Part shown: positions 1 through 9,654 of the stretch, one piece after another
How positions within the stretch are numbered: the stretch's first letter is position 1
Layout of the letters: each line of letters begins with the position of its first letter
Assembly (NCBI GenBank): GCA_023657465.1
Contig: JAGTJX010000001.1
Location: 109,090-173,089, forward strand
DNA length: 64,000 bases
Source: Lysobacteraceae bacterium
Lineage (GTDB): Bacteria; Bdellovibrionota; UBA1018; JAGTJX01
Reading direction: 5' to 3'
Made by a program: the position numbers and the translations under genes
The notes under the pieces: generated by a model
What the model was told of the DNA's origin: nothing
Database searches by the model: none
What the model saw: only the letters and a program-made list of their open reading frames with translations

Positions 1-612
1 GGATCCAAAAAAATTGCCCAAAATCGCGAATACCATTCTTTTTTAGGTCAATATGAAGGCAAGGATATCCTCGTCACCTCTCACGGAGTGGGATCAGCAG
101 GTGCGGCCATTTGCTTTCAAGAGCTCATCAAGGTAGGTGCTAGAACCATCATTCGCTTAGGCACAGCGGGTGGCCTGTACGACGAAACCCAGGTCGGCGA
201 CTGGGTCATTGCAACTTCTGCGGTAAGACAAGACGGAGTGTCCAGCCTCATGATTCCTCTCGGCTATCCAGCAATTGCTGATTCAGAAATCACTCTAAAA
301 CTAACAGAAAACGCGAAGAAAACAGGACATCAATACAAAGCAGGAATCATTGTATCGAGTGATATTTTTTATCCAGGACTACTCGATACACAACTTGCTC
401 TTTACGCTAAAGCTGGAGTTCACGCCGTTGAGATGGAATGTTCTACATTGTTCGTTATTGGGTCACTCAGTGGAATAAAAACAGGTGGAATCGTTGTTCT
501 TGATGGAAATCCCCTCAAATGGAGTGATGGAAAATATGATCCGCACGGCCAAGTCATGGCAGATTCTATCGATCAAGCCATCAAAGTCGCTTTATCGACT
601 TTGGCACATTAA
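1..612 (+). CDS. Nucleoside phosphorylase of the PNP/UDP family (uridine-phosphorylase-like); 5' end cut by the window edge
   Basis: Frame 1 is open from nt 1 (..REYHSFLGQYEGKDILVTSHGVGSAGAA..). The RLGTAGG, SSDIFYPG and VEMEC blocks are typical of the PNP_UDP_1 fold. Stop at 610-612. Confidence 0.8.
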   Translation, partial: GSKKIAQNREYHSFLGQYEGKDILVTSHGVGSAGAAICFQELIKVGARTIIRLGTAGGLYDETQVGDWVIATSAVRQDGVSSLMIPLGYPAIADSEITLKLTENAKKTGHQYKAGIIVSSDIFYPGLLDTQLALYAKAGVHAVEMECSTLFVIGSLSGIKTGGIVVLDGNPLKWSDGKYDPHGQVMADSIDQAIKVALSTLAH

Positions 613-743
613 ATCATCAATTTTAATTATTAACTGATATAAAAAACAATAATTATCACTTATCCATTTGCTGCGGTATATCTCCTTTCACAGTCTAGAC
701 ATAACAACGAGTTCGTACGTGAGAGATTACGTACAGTAAAAAG

Positions 744-793
744 CCCTGAGCCACCACCTATCCCCCCCATTCGGTGCTCAGGGTTTTTTTTTT
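744..793. terminator. Rho-independent terminator between convergent genes, possibly bidirectional
   Basis: Stem ccctgagc (744-751) pairs with gctcaggg (776-783). It is followed by T10 (784-793) and preceded by an A-run. Confidence 0.7.
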
Positions 794-807
794 GCCTTTT
801 TTTAAAA

Positions 808-1953
808 TTAATCATTCACAGTACGTACTAAGCCGCCAATCTCGATGACATACTTCTGTCCCCGCCAATTAACGGTATTGCCGAGAGCAATATGAATCCA
901 AAGAGGGTAGTGAGCGAGCTCTCTAACTAACCAGTAATATAAATACTTAAGACTTGTGCTTCGATTCACTGTTTTCATTACTGCAAAATCCGACACTGCA
1001 AAAAAACAAACGAAAGCCAAAAAACTATTTAGATAATGAAATCCAAATTGCAGCATTAAGAACAATGAACCAAAAGCTGAAACTGTGAGAGGCTGAAATA
1101 AAATTTCAGTAAAAAAAGCAGGTGGAGCCTGACGTTTTCGTAAACGTCCCCATCTCAAATGTCTGTCCCAAAATTGTTTTCTAGTCACAATTCCTACTCG
1201 CTGTTTTACAGGATTGTTTGCTATGACAACTTTTTTTCCGAGTAGCCCCATAGCCACTCCCATCATGAAATCTTCTGCGATGTGATAAGTGAAGGACTGA
1301 ATTCCTCCGAAGCGATTAGCAACACTTCTCTGAAAAAGCATGGTCTTTCCTACTACACAGGGTATACCGACCTGAAGAGCCGTCAGCCCCCATCTACTGT
1401 AGAAACCGTTTAAAAAAGTAGCTTCCATATTCCCAAAAAAACCTTGAGACTCAAATCCGCCAATGAAAGCTGAAGCTACACCTGTATTCGCATCTACACT
1501 ACGAGTGAGAATTTTAATATAATCTCTATCCATAAACACATTACTGTCGCTAATCAGCACCCAGTCGTATGTTGCGGTCTCATAAACCTTAAGAAGATTA
1601 GAAACTTTTGGATTTCCAGATCCCTGATCAGGATTGACGAGAATCTTTGCTTTTATATGAGGATACTTTTCTATCAATTTTTTTGCGACCGGATATGCAG
1701 GCTCAGAATCTGAAGTCAGTGCAAAGAGCAATTCGTACTCGGGATAAACCAAATTAAAATAACTCTCTAAATTAGCTTCGAGTTCAAAATCCAAGCCTTT
1801 GAGTGGTTTAAGAATACTGATAGGGAAGAATCCCAGAGGCGGCACTGCCGGTGGTTTTTTAATTAAATAGTGATTAAGCGGCGCCCAAGTTCCCAGTAAT
1901 GATAGGACTAATCCGATACAACAAAGTGCTCCTACGATGATGGTTATTGCCAT
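808..1953 (-). CDS. Membrane glycosyltransferase, GT2/GT21 (ceramide-glucosyltransferase / HpnI-like)
   Basis: N-terminal TM helix; ILKPLKG..LEANL N-terminal block; ISDSN (DxD-like) and HLRWGRLRK ((Q/R)xxRW) motifs. Confidence 0.65.
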   Translation of the reverse strand: MAITIIVGALCCIGLVLSLLGTWAPLNHYLIKKPPAVPPLGFFPISILKPLKGLDFELEANLESYFNLVYPEYELLFALTSDSEPAYPVAKKLIEKYPHIKAKILVNPDQGSGNPKVSNLLKVYETATYDWVLISDSNVFMDRDYIKILTRSVDANTGVASAFIGGFESQGFFGNMEATFLNGFYSRWGLTALQVGIPCVVGKTMLFQRSVANRFGGIQSFTYHIAEDFMMGVAMGLLGKKVVIANNPVKQRVGIVTRKQFWDRHLRWGRLRKRQAPPAFFTEILFQPLTVSAFGSLFLMLQFGFHYLNSFLAFVCFFAVSDFAVMKTVNRSTSLKYLYYWLVRELAHYPLWIHIALGNTVNWRGQKYVIEIGGLVRTVND

Positions 1954-2650
1954 AATTAGTTATATCGTCTTCATACATTTTAAACGAGATTTTTTGTTTT
2001 CTAATCGCTTCTAAAATTGCACCCTCATGTCTTTCGCAATCAAGCACAGTTTTCCATGCCTTGATCTGACTCGGGCGATGGAGATCACTATTAGCGATGA
2101 GCGGCAATTTTGAGTCTGCGACTTCATCAAACAGAAAAGGTCCGCTAGCAACTTCCCATGCATCGATCATTGGAGTAAGTTCTTCTCGTCTATCCCAGAG
2201 GTGATAAGTCTGTTTTTCAATTTTTCTAGTTGAAACGGGATGTGCTGCAATCGCAAGTGCGCCTTGTGCACGGATCGCTCGTGCAATATCTGCAACGTCA
2301 TCATCTGCACTTATCCAATCTGTGACTCCGAGTCCCAAAATGTGAGCTGATCTAGAATTTAAAATATTATTTTTTGAGAGCTCGACACCTGTAATCAGGA
2401 TCATTTTGTACTGATCCCATGCTCGTTGTTTTTCAGACTTCATCATCTCAATATAGAAAGGAAAGATAGCAGGTGTGAGTGTGCTCTCTAAGTATCTCGC
2501 TGCTGTCCCAATGAATGTATTGAGCTCACAAAGATGATCGGTGATTGCGATTGCTCCGAAACCTCGGCTTCCATAGAAGTCGACGATTTCTGGAATAGCC
2601 ATCTGGCCATCGCTAAACTTAGAATGAATGTGAAAATCTGCTAGAAACAT
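1874..2650 (-). CDS. PHP-domain metal-dependent phosphoesterase
   Basis: N-terminus MFLADFHIHSKFSDG (HxH) plus later AITDH and AAHP blocks. The last 80 nt overlap the downstream glycosyltransferase start in another frame. Confidence 0.7.
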   Translation of the reverse strand: MFLADFHIHSKFSDGQMAIPEIVDFYGSRGFGAIAITDHLCELNTFIGTAARYLESTLTPAIFPFYIEMMKSEKQRAWDQYKMILITGVELSKNNILNSRSAHILGLGVTDWISADDDVADIARAIRAQGALAIAAHPVSTRKIEKQTYHLWDRREELTPMIDAWEVASGPFLFDEVADSKLPLIANSDLHRPSQIKAWKTVLDCERHEGAILEAIRKQKISFKMYEDDITNYGNNHHRRSTLLYRISPIITGNLGAA

Positions 2651-2724
2651 ACTCTCAGAGTAATCGAGATATAAAACGCGCGTGTTAAGGTTGCGTCAGG
2701 ATCATTTTAGAATAAGATCAGCAG

Positions 2725-3969
2725 TTAAGAATAAGAGTCTAATCCCATCAGAGCCAATCCCTCAGCAACTGCCGTAAACACCTCTTGATCGACAAGTTTT
2801 GCGTTTGGAAAAGACTGAGAAATTATTTTTCTAATGTACGGAACCTTTGAAGTACCACCAGTAAACTGAAGTACTGTGACTTCACTTGGAGACACTCCTC
2901 CTCGTTTACAGGTTTCAAGTGCAGCTTGATTGATCGTCGAAGTCGTTTCAGTAATAATACTTTCAAACTCAGTTCTTTTTACAGAAACCTGAATTCCAAT
3001 TGGATAGGACTTAAACGAAAAATCTGATTGGTCTTCCTGCGAAAGCCTAATCTTCATCTCTTCTACTTCTTGATGAAGCTGATAACCCAAATTTTCTTCT
3101 ACAAGTGTGATGAAATTTTCTAAAAGCGGCTTCTGCAAAGGGTCGACAAGCTCGTTCCTCAAAGACAAAATAAAATTCCAAGTCGAAGCTTCTCTCAAAA
3201 ACGCATGGTGATGCCATTTGGATAAAAGCCTCATGAGGTTCGCAGGCAGAGTCAAGACATTCGATGAAAAGGGGCGTTGGTATTGAATAGTTGAACCAAA
3301 GAATTCTAAAAGCCTCGCTTGAAAAAAGTCCGAATCAAGTGCGTCCCCAGCAACAGGTGCACCGTGCACAGACAGCACTTCTGGAGTTTTACCAGGCTTA
3401 CTTTTGTACAAAGTATAATCGGAAGTTCCGCCACCCAAGTCCGCTACCAATACCATTTCTTCTTTAGAGAAACTTTCTGCTGCACGAGACGCTGCAACAG
3501 GTTCCTCGATGAATTTGAGGTTCTCAAAACCTGCAAGTTTGCATGCTTTTTCAAAACGAGTTATCGCAAGCGCTTCGTTTTCAGGATCTAATGAATAACG
3601 AGCCGGTCTACCCATATGAATGGGGACACCCCTGATAGAGACTACTTCCTTTTCAATTCTCTCCATCATCATTATGAGAAAGCGTGCAATCAAATCTTCA
3701 ACTTTTACATAAGCACCAATTAGTGCTGTGCCAGTGAACTGACTATTGGGTAATAAGCGCTTCACCGATTGAAAAAAACGCCCTTCCATTTCACGTTCAA
3801 AATACTGTTCAATTGCATTCTTTCCGAAAAACGCTTCTTTGCGATTTGGAAAATACATCAGCGACTTATCAAGAGCGATGACTCGGGCTGATTGGCCTTC
3901 AAGAAGTGCAACGCACGTATTCGTAGTTCCGAAGTCAATTCCGATGCAGCTTGGTTTTTGAGTGGGCAC
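2725..3969 (-). CDS. Hsp70-family ATPase, nucleotide-binding domain only (YegD-like)
   Basis: IGIDFGTTNT (phosphate-1) and VADLGGGTSDYT (phosphate-2) motifs. At 414 aa it is too short to carry a substrate-binding domain. Confidence 0.7.
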   Translation of the reverse strand: MPTQKPSCIGIDFGTTNTCVALLEGQSARVIALDKSLMYFPNRKEAFFGKNAIEQYFEREMEGRFFQSVKRLLPNSQFTGTALIGAYVKVEDLIARFLIMMMERIEKEVVSIRGVPIHMGRPARYSLDPENEALAITRFEKACKLAGFENLKFIEEPVAASRAAESFSKEEMVLVADLGGGTSDYTLYKSKPGKTPEVLSVHGAPVAGDALDSDFFQARLLEFFGSTIQYQRPFSSNVLTLPANLMRLLSKWHHHAFLREASTWNFILSLRNELVDPLQKPLLENFITLVEENLGYQLHQEVEEMKIRLSQEDQSDFSFKSYPIGIQVSVKRTEFESIITETTSTINQAALETCKRGGVSPSEVTVLQFTGGTSKVPYIRKIISQSFPNAKLVDQEVFTAVAEGLALMGLDSYS

Positions 3970-4012
3970 TGGCTCGATTGTAGGTGGAGATTGGGTTTGT
4001 TAAACTAAAAAA

Positions 4013-4087
4013 TGGCTCAGGAGGAGGGGCTCGAACCCCCGACCGATCGGTTAACAGCCGATTGCTCTACCACTGAGCTACTCCTGA
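4013..4087 (-). tRNA. tRNA-Asn (anticodon GUU), CCA encoded
   Basis: Reverse complement is TCAGGAGTAGCTCAGTGGTAGAGCAATCGGCTGTTAACCGATCGGTCGGGGGTTCGAGCCCCTCCTCCTGAGCCA. It folds as a cloverleaf with acceptor TCAGGAG/CTCCTGA and anticodon loop CTGTTAA. Confidence 0.93.
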
Positions 4088-4178
4088 ACCTAACACGTTA
4101 CTAAAACGTGGTGAACCCTAGTGTTAACCGAAACTAAAAGCCCAGGCAAGGGTTCTATGCGTCTAAAGTTATTGACGC

Positions 4179-6158
4179 GTGTCAAAAAAACGCCCCTACA
4201 CAGTTGAGCCCAAATCTGCGAATCTAAAGGGCGTGAGTTTTCGATATTTCTTAGCCCTGATCTCAGTCCTGATTTGCTCAACCTCTGAGTCTTCTCTTGC
4301 GGCCAAGAACTTCAAGATGAAACGTGGGCCTCAGGCCATTGAGGCTTCGACACCGAAAGCCCCTTCAACTCCCAAGCCGAAGTCGGTTTCAAAAAGCCTG
4401 AAGAAATCAGAACTGCAAAGAGTCGCCGAGCAGTTTTCAAAATCCAAGTGGACTGCAGCTCTTGAGCAGGCAAAAAAACTAGAAAACAAACCTGAATACT
4501 CCGACTTCTCGCTCTATATACAAAGCGAATCAAAATATAGGCTCGCTCAAGGATTCATGAGTAAGAAGAACTGGTACGAAGCAATCTCTCACGCGCAGTC
4601 CGCCATTCAACAAAACCTCAAAATCTATGAAACTGCTCCTGAGTCACCTTATGCTTCAGGGATGGACGAACGCCTAGGTAAGGTCGAACTCATCGTCGCA
4701 GACGCTCACGCTCAAGTTAAGAAATTTGCTACTTCTCAGAGCTACTTCCATAGGGTTTTTGAGCGATATAAGAATTCAAAAATCCCTAGTTTTCTCACTC
4801 TTGCCCAAATGCAAAGTTATGCAAAAACTTGTGAGACGAATCCTCATGAAAAATGCAAAGAATGGATCACTATTCTCAGTGAGCTCTATCCAAAAGAATC
4901 CCTAGAGAAAAAATTCATTATCGAAAAATTCTCTAAGTGGATTGATCCCACGGGCAATAATCCTTACTACGATCGCCTGAGCAAAAACTACAAGGCAACA
5001 GATCCAGATCAAGTCGCGTTCGAAGAAGTACTGCCTTCAATCTTGAAGTCCGATTACAAGGACATTATCGAAAAGGGACAAAAGTTCTTAGAACAATACC
5101 CTAAGACCACCTTCAGAACTCGTATACTCTATTGGATCGCTTATGCATATACAGCTAGAGATCAGAAGGACAAGGCTCAGCCGATCTACGATCAGATCAT
5201 CAAAGAATCTCCCATTAGCTTTTATGCAATTCTCAGTTCTCACAATATTGGACGTGATCCAGATGAATTCCTCAAGAAAGACCCAGCCCCAGCCAGTAAC
5301 GAAGATGTGCTTCTCAGTAGTGACGAGAAACGATTCGTTCAGCGTGCGAAAGAGTTCTCATCCGTAGGCGCGCAAGAGCTTGCAAGAATGGAGCTTAAGG
5401 CCATCGACCTGAAGAAGAATTTCTCCAATCCATTCCTAGTATTCCTAGCCAATGAGTCCTGTAAGAACCAAGGCTACTCCGTATGCTACAGAATTCTGAC
5501 CGAGCTCAATCAGCGATCATTCCAAGATGTGTATTCTGAAGCAGCTCTCGATCTCTACTTCCCTAATGTCCTTCAAGACTCGATTGTTCCTACGGCTATG
5601 AACTTGAGCTTGGATCCCATCTTAGTCACCAGTCTCATCAAACAAGAATCTGCGTTCAGTGCTGATGCCGTATCGAGTGTCGGTGCGATGGGACTGATGC
5701 AGCTCATGCCTTTTACCGCTGTCGCAGTTGATGGACAGATTGAACAAGCAAAACTCACTGACCCTAAAACAAATATCAAACTAGGCACAGCCTATCTCTC
5801 AGAGCTGATTCAGAAGTTTTCTGGCAACTGGATCTACGCTCTTGCAGGATACAACGCTGGGCCTCACAGAGTAGACAAATGGGTGCGTGAAGGTGGATCA
5901 AAACTCCGAATGACTGAGTTCATAGAATCAATTCCTTACAAGGAAACGAGAGACTACGTTGCTACCATTGTGAGGAATTACTATTGGTACACTTACAAGC
6001 GCACTGGCAAGAAGATGAAAACTCTTGATGTCTTCTGGGGCAAGCCTCTTGAATTCAAAGAGTTTAAAGAATCTAAACCCCAAACCGAAAGTGCATTATA
6101 TCGCCGTCTCGAACAACGTACTCCTTACCCTCGAGCCGTAGCAGGCCGGCGTCCTTGA
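4179..6158 (+). CDS. slt: Soluble lytic murein transglycosylase (Slt70-like: helical N-domain plus SLT domain)
   Basis: SLT catalytic block LIKQESAFSADAVSSVGAMGLMQLMP and AGYNAGP. A signal-like segment FRYFLALISVLICS suggests the real start may be the GTG near 4233. The last 86 nt are antisense to ychF. Confidence 0.8.
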   Translation: MSKKRPYTVEPKSANLKGVSFRYFLALISVLICSTSESSLAAKNFKMKRGPQAIEASTPKAPSTPKPKSVSKSLKKSELQRVAEQFSKSKWTAALEQAKKLENKPEYSDFSLYIQSESKYRLAQGFMSKKNWYEAISHAQSAIQQNLKIYETAPESPYASGMDERLGKVELIVADAHAQVKKFATSQSYFHRVFERYKNSKIPSFLTLAQMQSYAKTCETNPHEKCKEWITILSELYPKESLEKKFIIEKFSKWIDPTGNNPYYDRLSKNYKATDPDQVAFEEVLPSILKSDYKDIIEKGQKFLEQYPKTTFRTRILYWIAYAYTARDQKDKAQPIYDQIIKESPISFYAILSSHNIGRDPDEFLKKDPAPASNEDVLLSSDEKRFVQRAKEFSSVGAQELARMELKAIDLKKNFSNPFLVFLANESCKNQGYSVCYRILTELNQRSFQDVYSEAALDLYFPNVLQDSIVPTAMNLSLDPILVTSLIKQESAFSADAVSSVGAMGLMQLMPFTAVAVDGQIEQAKLTDPKTNIKLGTAYLSELIQKFSGNWIYALAGYNAGPHRVDKWVREGGSKLRMTEFIESIPYKETRDYVATIVRNYYWYTYKRTGKKMKTLDVFWGKPLEFKEFKESKPQTESALYRRLEQRTPYPRAVAGRRP

Positions 6159-7173
6159 TCGCGCCTTCGCTCTTATGCTTCATCAAGTCTTCATAATGAA
6201 ACACTTCAGCTCTAATGAATCCACGCTCAAAATCTGAGTGAATCACGCCTGCGCATGCTGGTGCTTTCCAGCCTTTTTCATAAGTCCATGCGCGCACTTC
6301 AACTTGGCCTGCGGTGAAATAGGTTTGCAATCCGAGTAGCTCATAACCTGATCTAATTACTTTATTAAGCCCCGATTCAGTCAGGCTGAAATCCTTCAAG
6401 AATTCCAATTTTTCATCTTCTGCGAGCTCTGCAATTTCACTTTCGATTTTGCCACAGATGGGGATTACGGGTGATCCTTCTTTTTTTGCATGCTCGATGA
6501 CTTTCTGAACATAGGGATTCTTCTCAGGATTGGTGATGTCGTTATCACTCACGTTAGCAAGATACATGACTTTCTTAGCTGTGATGAGGTGATAATCCTT
6601 GATGAGCTCGAGTTGTTCTTCAGTAAGTCCTAAGGCTCTTACAGGGCGACCGTCTTCAAGTGCCTTCTTCACAGGTTCAATCACACCTAGAACAGCAGCG
6701 GCTTTTTTATCGCCAGTCTTTGCTGTTTTCTGAAGATTGTTATGACGTTTTGTTACAGAGTCCAAATCAGCAAGCATGAGCTCAATATCGATGACTTCAA
6801 TGTCTCGAATAGGGTCGACTGAACCATCAACGTGAACAATGTTACCATCATCAAAACATCTCACCACATGTGCGATCGCATTCGTCTCGCGAATATGACC
6901 TAAGAACTGGTTTCCCAGTCCTTCACCCTTAGATGCACCCTTAACAAGACCTGCAATATCAACAAACGTCATTGCAGCTGGGATGACCTTATCGGTAGGA
7001 ATGTACTTCTGAATTCCCTGTAATCTAGGGTCAGGAACTTTCACGATCCCTGTATTGGGTTCAATCGTACAGAAGGGATAGTTTGCAGCTTCAGCCTTAG
7101 CAGAAGTGAGTGCATTAAACAGAGTTGATTTTCCAACGTTAGGTAATCCAACGATTCCACATGCAATTGCCAT
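6073..7173 (-). CDS. ychF: Ribosome-binding ATPase YchF
   Basis: GIVGLPNVGKSTLFNALT P-loop; conserved C-terminus GDIMHFRFGV. Confidence 0.95.
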   Translation of the reverse strand: MAIACGIVGLPNVGKSTLFNALTSAKAEAANYPFCTIEPNTGIVKVPDPRLQGIQKYIPTDKVIPAAMTFVDIAGLVKGASKGEGLGNQFLGHIRETNAIAHVVRCFDDGNIVHVDGSVDPIRDIEVIDIELMLADLDSVTKRHNNLQKTAKTGDKKAAAVLGVIEPVKKALEDGRPVRALGLTEEQLELIKDYHLITAKKVMYLANVSDNDITNPEKNPYVQKVIEHAKKEGSPVIPICGKIESEIAELAEDEKLEFLKDFSLTESGLNKVIRSGYELLGLQTYFTAGQVEVRAWTYEKGWKAPACAGVIHSDFERGFIRAEVFHYEDLMKHKSEGAIKDAGLLRLEGKEYVVRDGDIMHFRFGV

Positions 7174-7176
7174 AAA

Positions 7177-7761
7177 CTATTCTTCCTTCACTTCTCTTTT
7201 GTTGTATTCATTCATCGTCTTAGAAATGCCTTCACATGCCCAAGACTTTGCAGCTTGAATTCCGATTTCCATCACTTCACCTAGTAGCTTCGCTTCAGCT
7301 CCAGAAAAAGGTTTTAGAACATAATCTGCAGGATCACCACGATCTGGCTTACCAATTCCTAATCTTAAACGGTGATATCCGTTATTGCCTGATCCGAGAG
7401 ATACATCAATGGACTTCAGCCCATTGTGACCGCCAGGTCCGCCACCGACTTTGAATCTCATACTCATGGGTGGTAGATCGAGATCATCATGAATAACGAG
7501 GAGATCAGTGACTTCAGTCTTATAGAAGTTCACAATAACCGCCACTGTCTGACCCGAGAGATTCATGAATGTCTGAGGTTTCACGAGCAGGAACGGACCT
7601 GCTCCAGGTAAGTCACCTGTGAATACTTCTGCATTAAACTTCTTCACAGGACCTTGAGCTCTCCACTCATCAGCCAAGTGATCGACGAGCATGAACCCAA
7701 CGTTATGCCTAGTTGTCTCGTATTTTGTTCCGGGATTACCGAGTCCTACGATGATCTTCAT
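7177..7761 (-). CDS. pth: Peptidyl-tRNA hydrolase
   Basis: MKIIVGLGNPGTKYETTRHNVGFM signature. Confidence 0.95.
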   Translation of the reverse strand: MKIIVGLGNPGTKYETTRHNVGFMLVDHLADEWRAQGPVKKFNAEVFTGDLPGAGPFLLVKPQTFMNLSGQTVAVIVNFYKTEVTDLLVIHDDLDLPPMSMRFKVGGGPGGHNGLKSIDVSLGSGNNGYHRLRLGIGKPDRGDPADYVLKPFSGAEAKLLGEVMEIGIQAAKSWACEGISKTMNEYNKREVKEE

Positions 7762-8712
7762 TTATTTGAAAAGGGAACTCACACTGTCGTAGTTGTGAAT
7801 TCGATGAATGGCTTCAGCGAGTAGATCGGCTACTGAGATTTGTTTGATTTTCTTAGATCCGCGAGCTGCATCCGTAAGTTGGATCGTATCAGTCACAATA
7901 ACTTGTGAGATTGCAGAGGCTTCAATACGAGAGACCGCAGGACCTGAGAAGACACCGTGAGAGGCGACTGCGATGACTTTCTTAGCTCCATGATCCATGA
8001 CTGCCTTAGCTGCTTCGGTGAGAGTACCCGCTGTATCGATCATGTCATCGACAATGATTGCTATTTTGCCTTCTACGTCACCGATGATGTTCATGGCTTT
8101 AGCAACGTTTGGACCTTCGCGACGCTTATCGATGATCGCTACAGATCCGTTCATCTGGACACCGAACTTACGAGCACGCTCTACGCCACCTGCATCAGGA
8201 CTGACGAAAACGATTTCTCCATTACCTGAGAGATCTTTTTTCAAACAGTCGAGAATCACTGGAGCTGCATACAAATTATCAAAAGGAATATTAAAGAAGC
8301 CTTGAATCTGACCTGCGTGAAGATCCATAGAAACTACGCGAGTGGCACCAGCGGCTGTGAGCAAATCTGCGACAAGCTTGGCACTGATCGGTGTTCGTGG
8401 TGCTACTTTTCGGTCTTGTCTTGCGTAACCATAATAAGGAAGGACTGCTGTAATGTCTTTTGCACTCGCGCGCTTAAGAGCATCAATGATGACGAGTAAT
8501 TCCATTAGAGTGTCATTCACAGGCTGACAAGTGCTCTGAAGAACATAAGCATCACGGCCTCTGACGTTCTCGCTGATTTCTACGAAGAATTCACCATCGC
8601 TGAATCGTCTGATACCCGCATCGACGAGTGGTTTTCCTAATTTGATCGCGATTTTTTCTGCTAGTGGACGGTTAGAATTCCCAGAAATGAGGAGCCAATC
8701 TCGGAGTCGCAT
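7762..8712 (-). CDS. prs: Ribose-phosphate pyrophosphokinase
   Basis: [11 protein letters not shown] and [12 protein letters not shown] blocks plus the PRPP-binding [11 protein letters not shown]. The stop abuts the pth start, so there is no L25/ctc gene between them. Confidence 0.95.
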   Translation of the reverse strand: MRLRDWLLISGNSNRPLAEKIAIKLGKPLVDAGIRRFSDGEFFVEISENVRGRDAYVLQSTCQPVNDTLMELLVIIDALKRASAKDITAVLPYYGYARQDRKVAPRTPISAKLVADLLTAAGATRVVSMDLHAGQIQGFFNIPFDNLYAAPVILDCLKKDLSGNGEIVFVSPDAGGVERARKFGVQMNGSVAIIDKRREGPNVAKAMNIIGDVEGKIAIIVDDMIDTAGTLTEAAKAVMDHGAKKVIAVASHGVFSGPAVSRIEASAISQVIVTDTIQLTDAARGSKKIKQISVADLLAEAIHRIHNYDSVSSLFK

Positions 8713-8754
8713 ACACAGAGATATAGCCCTCTGCGCTGCGCGTTGTCAATGGGA

Positions 8755-9192
8755 CTATCTGTTGATTTGACAACGTTTTTTGATGCAGAGAGCCTTTTCA
8801 GGAGCCACTCCACAGCTCGGTACGGAGAGCGATAGTTTATCTAAATGCTGCCTCTTCTGATTAAACTCACCTACGAGCTTGAGTAGTTCGGTCGGGTCGG
8901 TATCCATGGTCGAATAGATCAGATAATTCTTATACTCACCGCAAGTAGGGCTACCTAAGCCCACAATCTTGCAATGGTTATCAAACTCACACATCCCGCT
9001 TCCAGCCATTTTGCGGATCTGAATGCCTAGACCCTTAAGACTAGTATCAATCTCTGCCACTGTCTGGTCTCGTGATTCCCAACTGACTTGTGCATAGTCC
9101 CCTCGGTTAGCCCTGTAGTTATAAATCCCGATAGAGATCGCAAGAAACACAATGAGAGAACCTAAAATCCAAAATGTTTGTTTCTTAGACAT
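8755..9192 (-). CDS. Hypothetical membrane-anchored Cys-rich protein
   Basis: One N-terminal TM helix (FWILGSLIVFLAISIGIY) and six Cys in the exported part. Start moved to the internal ATG (MSKKQTF) at 9192. Confidence 0.5.
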   Translation of the reverse strand: MSKKQTFWILGSLIVFLAISIGIYNYRANRGDYAQVSWESRDQTVAEIDTSLKGLGIQIRKMAGSGMCEFDNHCKIVGLGSPTCGEYKNYLIYSTMDTDPTELLKLVGEFNQKRQHLDKLSLSVPSCGVAPEKALCIKKRCQINR

Positions 9193-9248
9193 GACTCTAG
9201 AGTACCACAGAGCCAAAATTGTGCTATGTCTAGGGAGATTTCATAAAT

Positions 9249-9333
9249 GCACCCATGGTGGAATTGGTAGACACGCTGGTCTTAGGAACCAGTGTCGCAA
9301 GACATGGGGGTTCGAGTCCCTCTGGGTGCACCA
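9249..9333 (+). tRNA. tRNA-Leu (anticodon UAG), long variable arm, CCA encoded
   Basis: GCACCCATGGTGGAATTGGTAGACACGCTGGTCTTAGGAACCAGTGTCGCAAGACATGGGGGTTCGAGTCCCTCTGGGTGCACCA. Acceptor GCACCCA/TGGGTGC; anticodon loop CTTAGGA. Confidence 0.93.
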
Positions 9334-9342
9334 TTTTTTAAA

Positions 9343-9654
9343 TTAAGCAGCCTTCACTTCAATTTCGTATTTGAGACCTGCGGCCTGAAGTTGCTCTTCA
9401 ATAGCTAGCTTTACTAAAAACGTTGGGGAAGAACCCAAAATGAGTGCAATCTGTTCCGCCTTCTCAGGACTCACGCCTTTTCTACCTTTTTCAATATCAC
9501 AAAGATTCGCTGCAGAGATTCCAATTCTTTTTGCAAACTCTTTTTGTGATAGCTCTTCTCGAGCTCTCCAAGATGACAAAACTCGCCCAAAAGTTAGCTT
9601 GCCAAAGCTCTTCTCCAAATCTTTTAACCCATATATTTTTTTCTTAGTACTCAT
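9343..9654 (-). CDS. XRE-family HTH antitoxin (HigA-like position)
   Basis: HTH segment SQKEFAKRIGISAANLCDIEKGRKGVSPEKAEQIA. It overlaps the upstream toxin ORF by 11 nt. Confidence 0.75.
   Translation of the reverse strand: MSTKKKIYGLKDLEKSFGKLTFGRVLSSWRAREELSQKEFAKRIGISAANLCDIEKGRKGVSPEKAEQIALILGSSPTFLVKLAIEEQLQAAGLKYEIEVKAA

Noticed and set aside
1-6. The window begins with GGATCC (a BamHI site).
   Set aside because: This is probably a cloning or extraction boundary, or coincidence. It has no biological meaning within the window.
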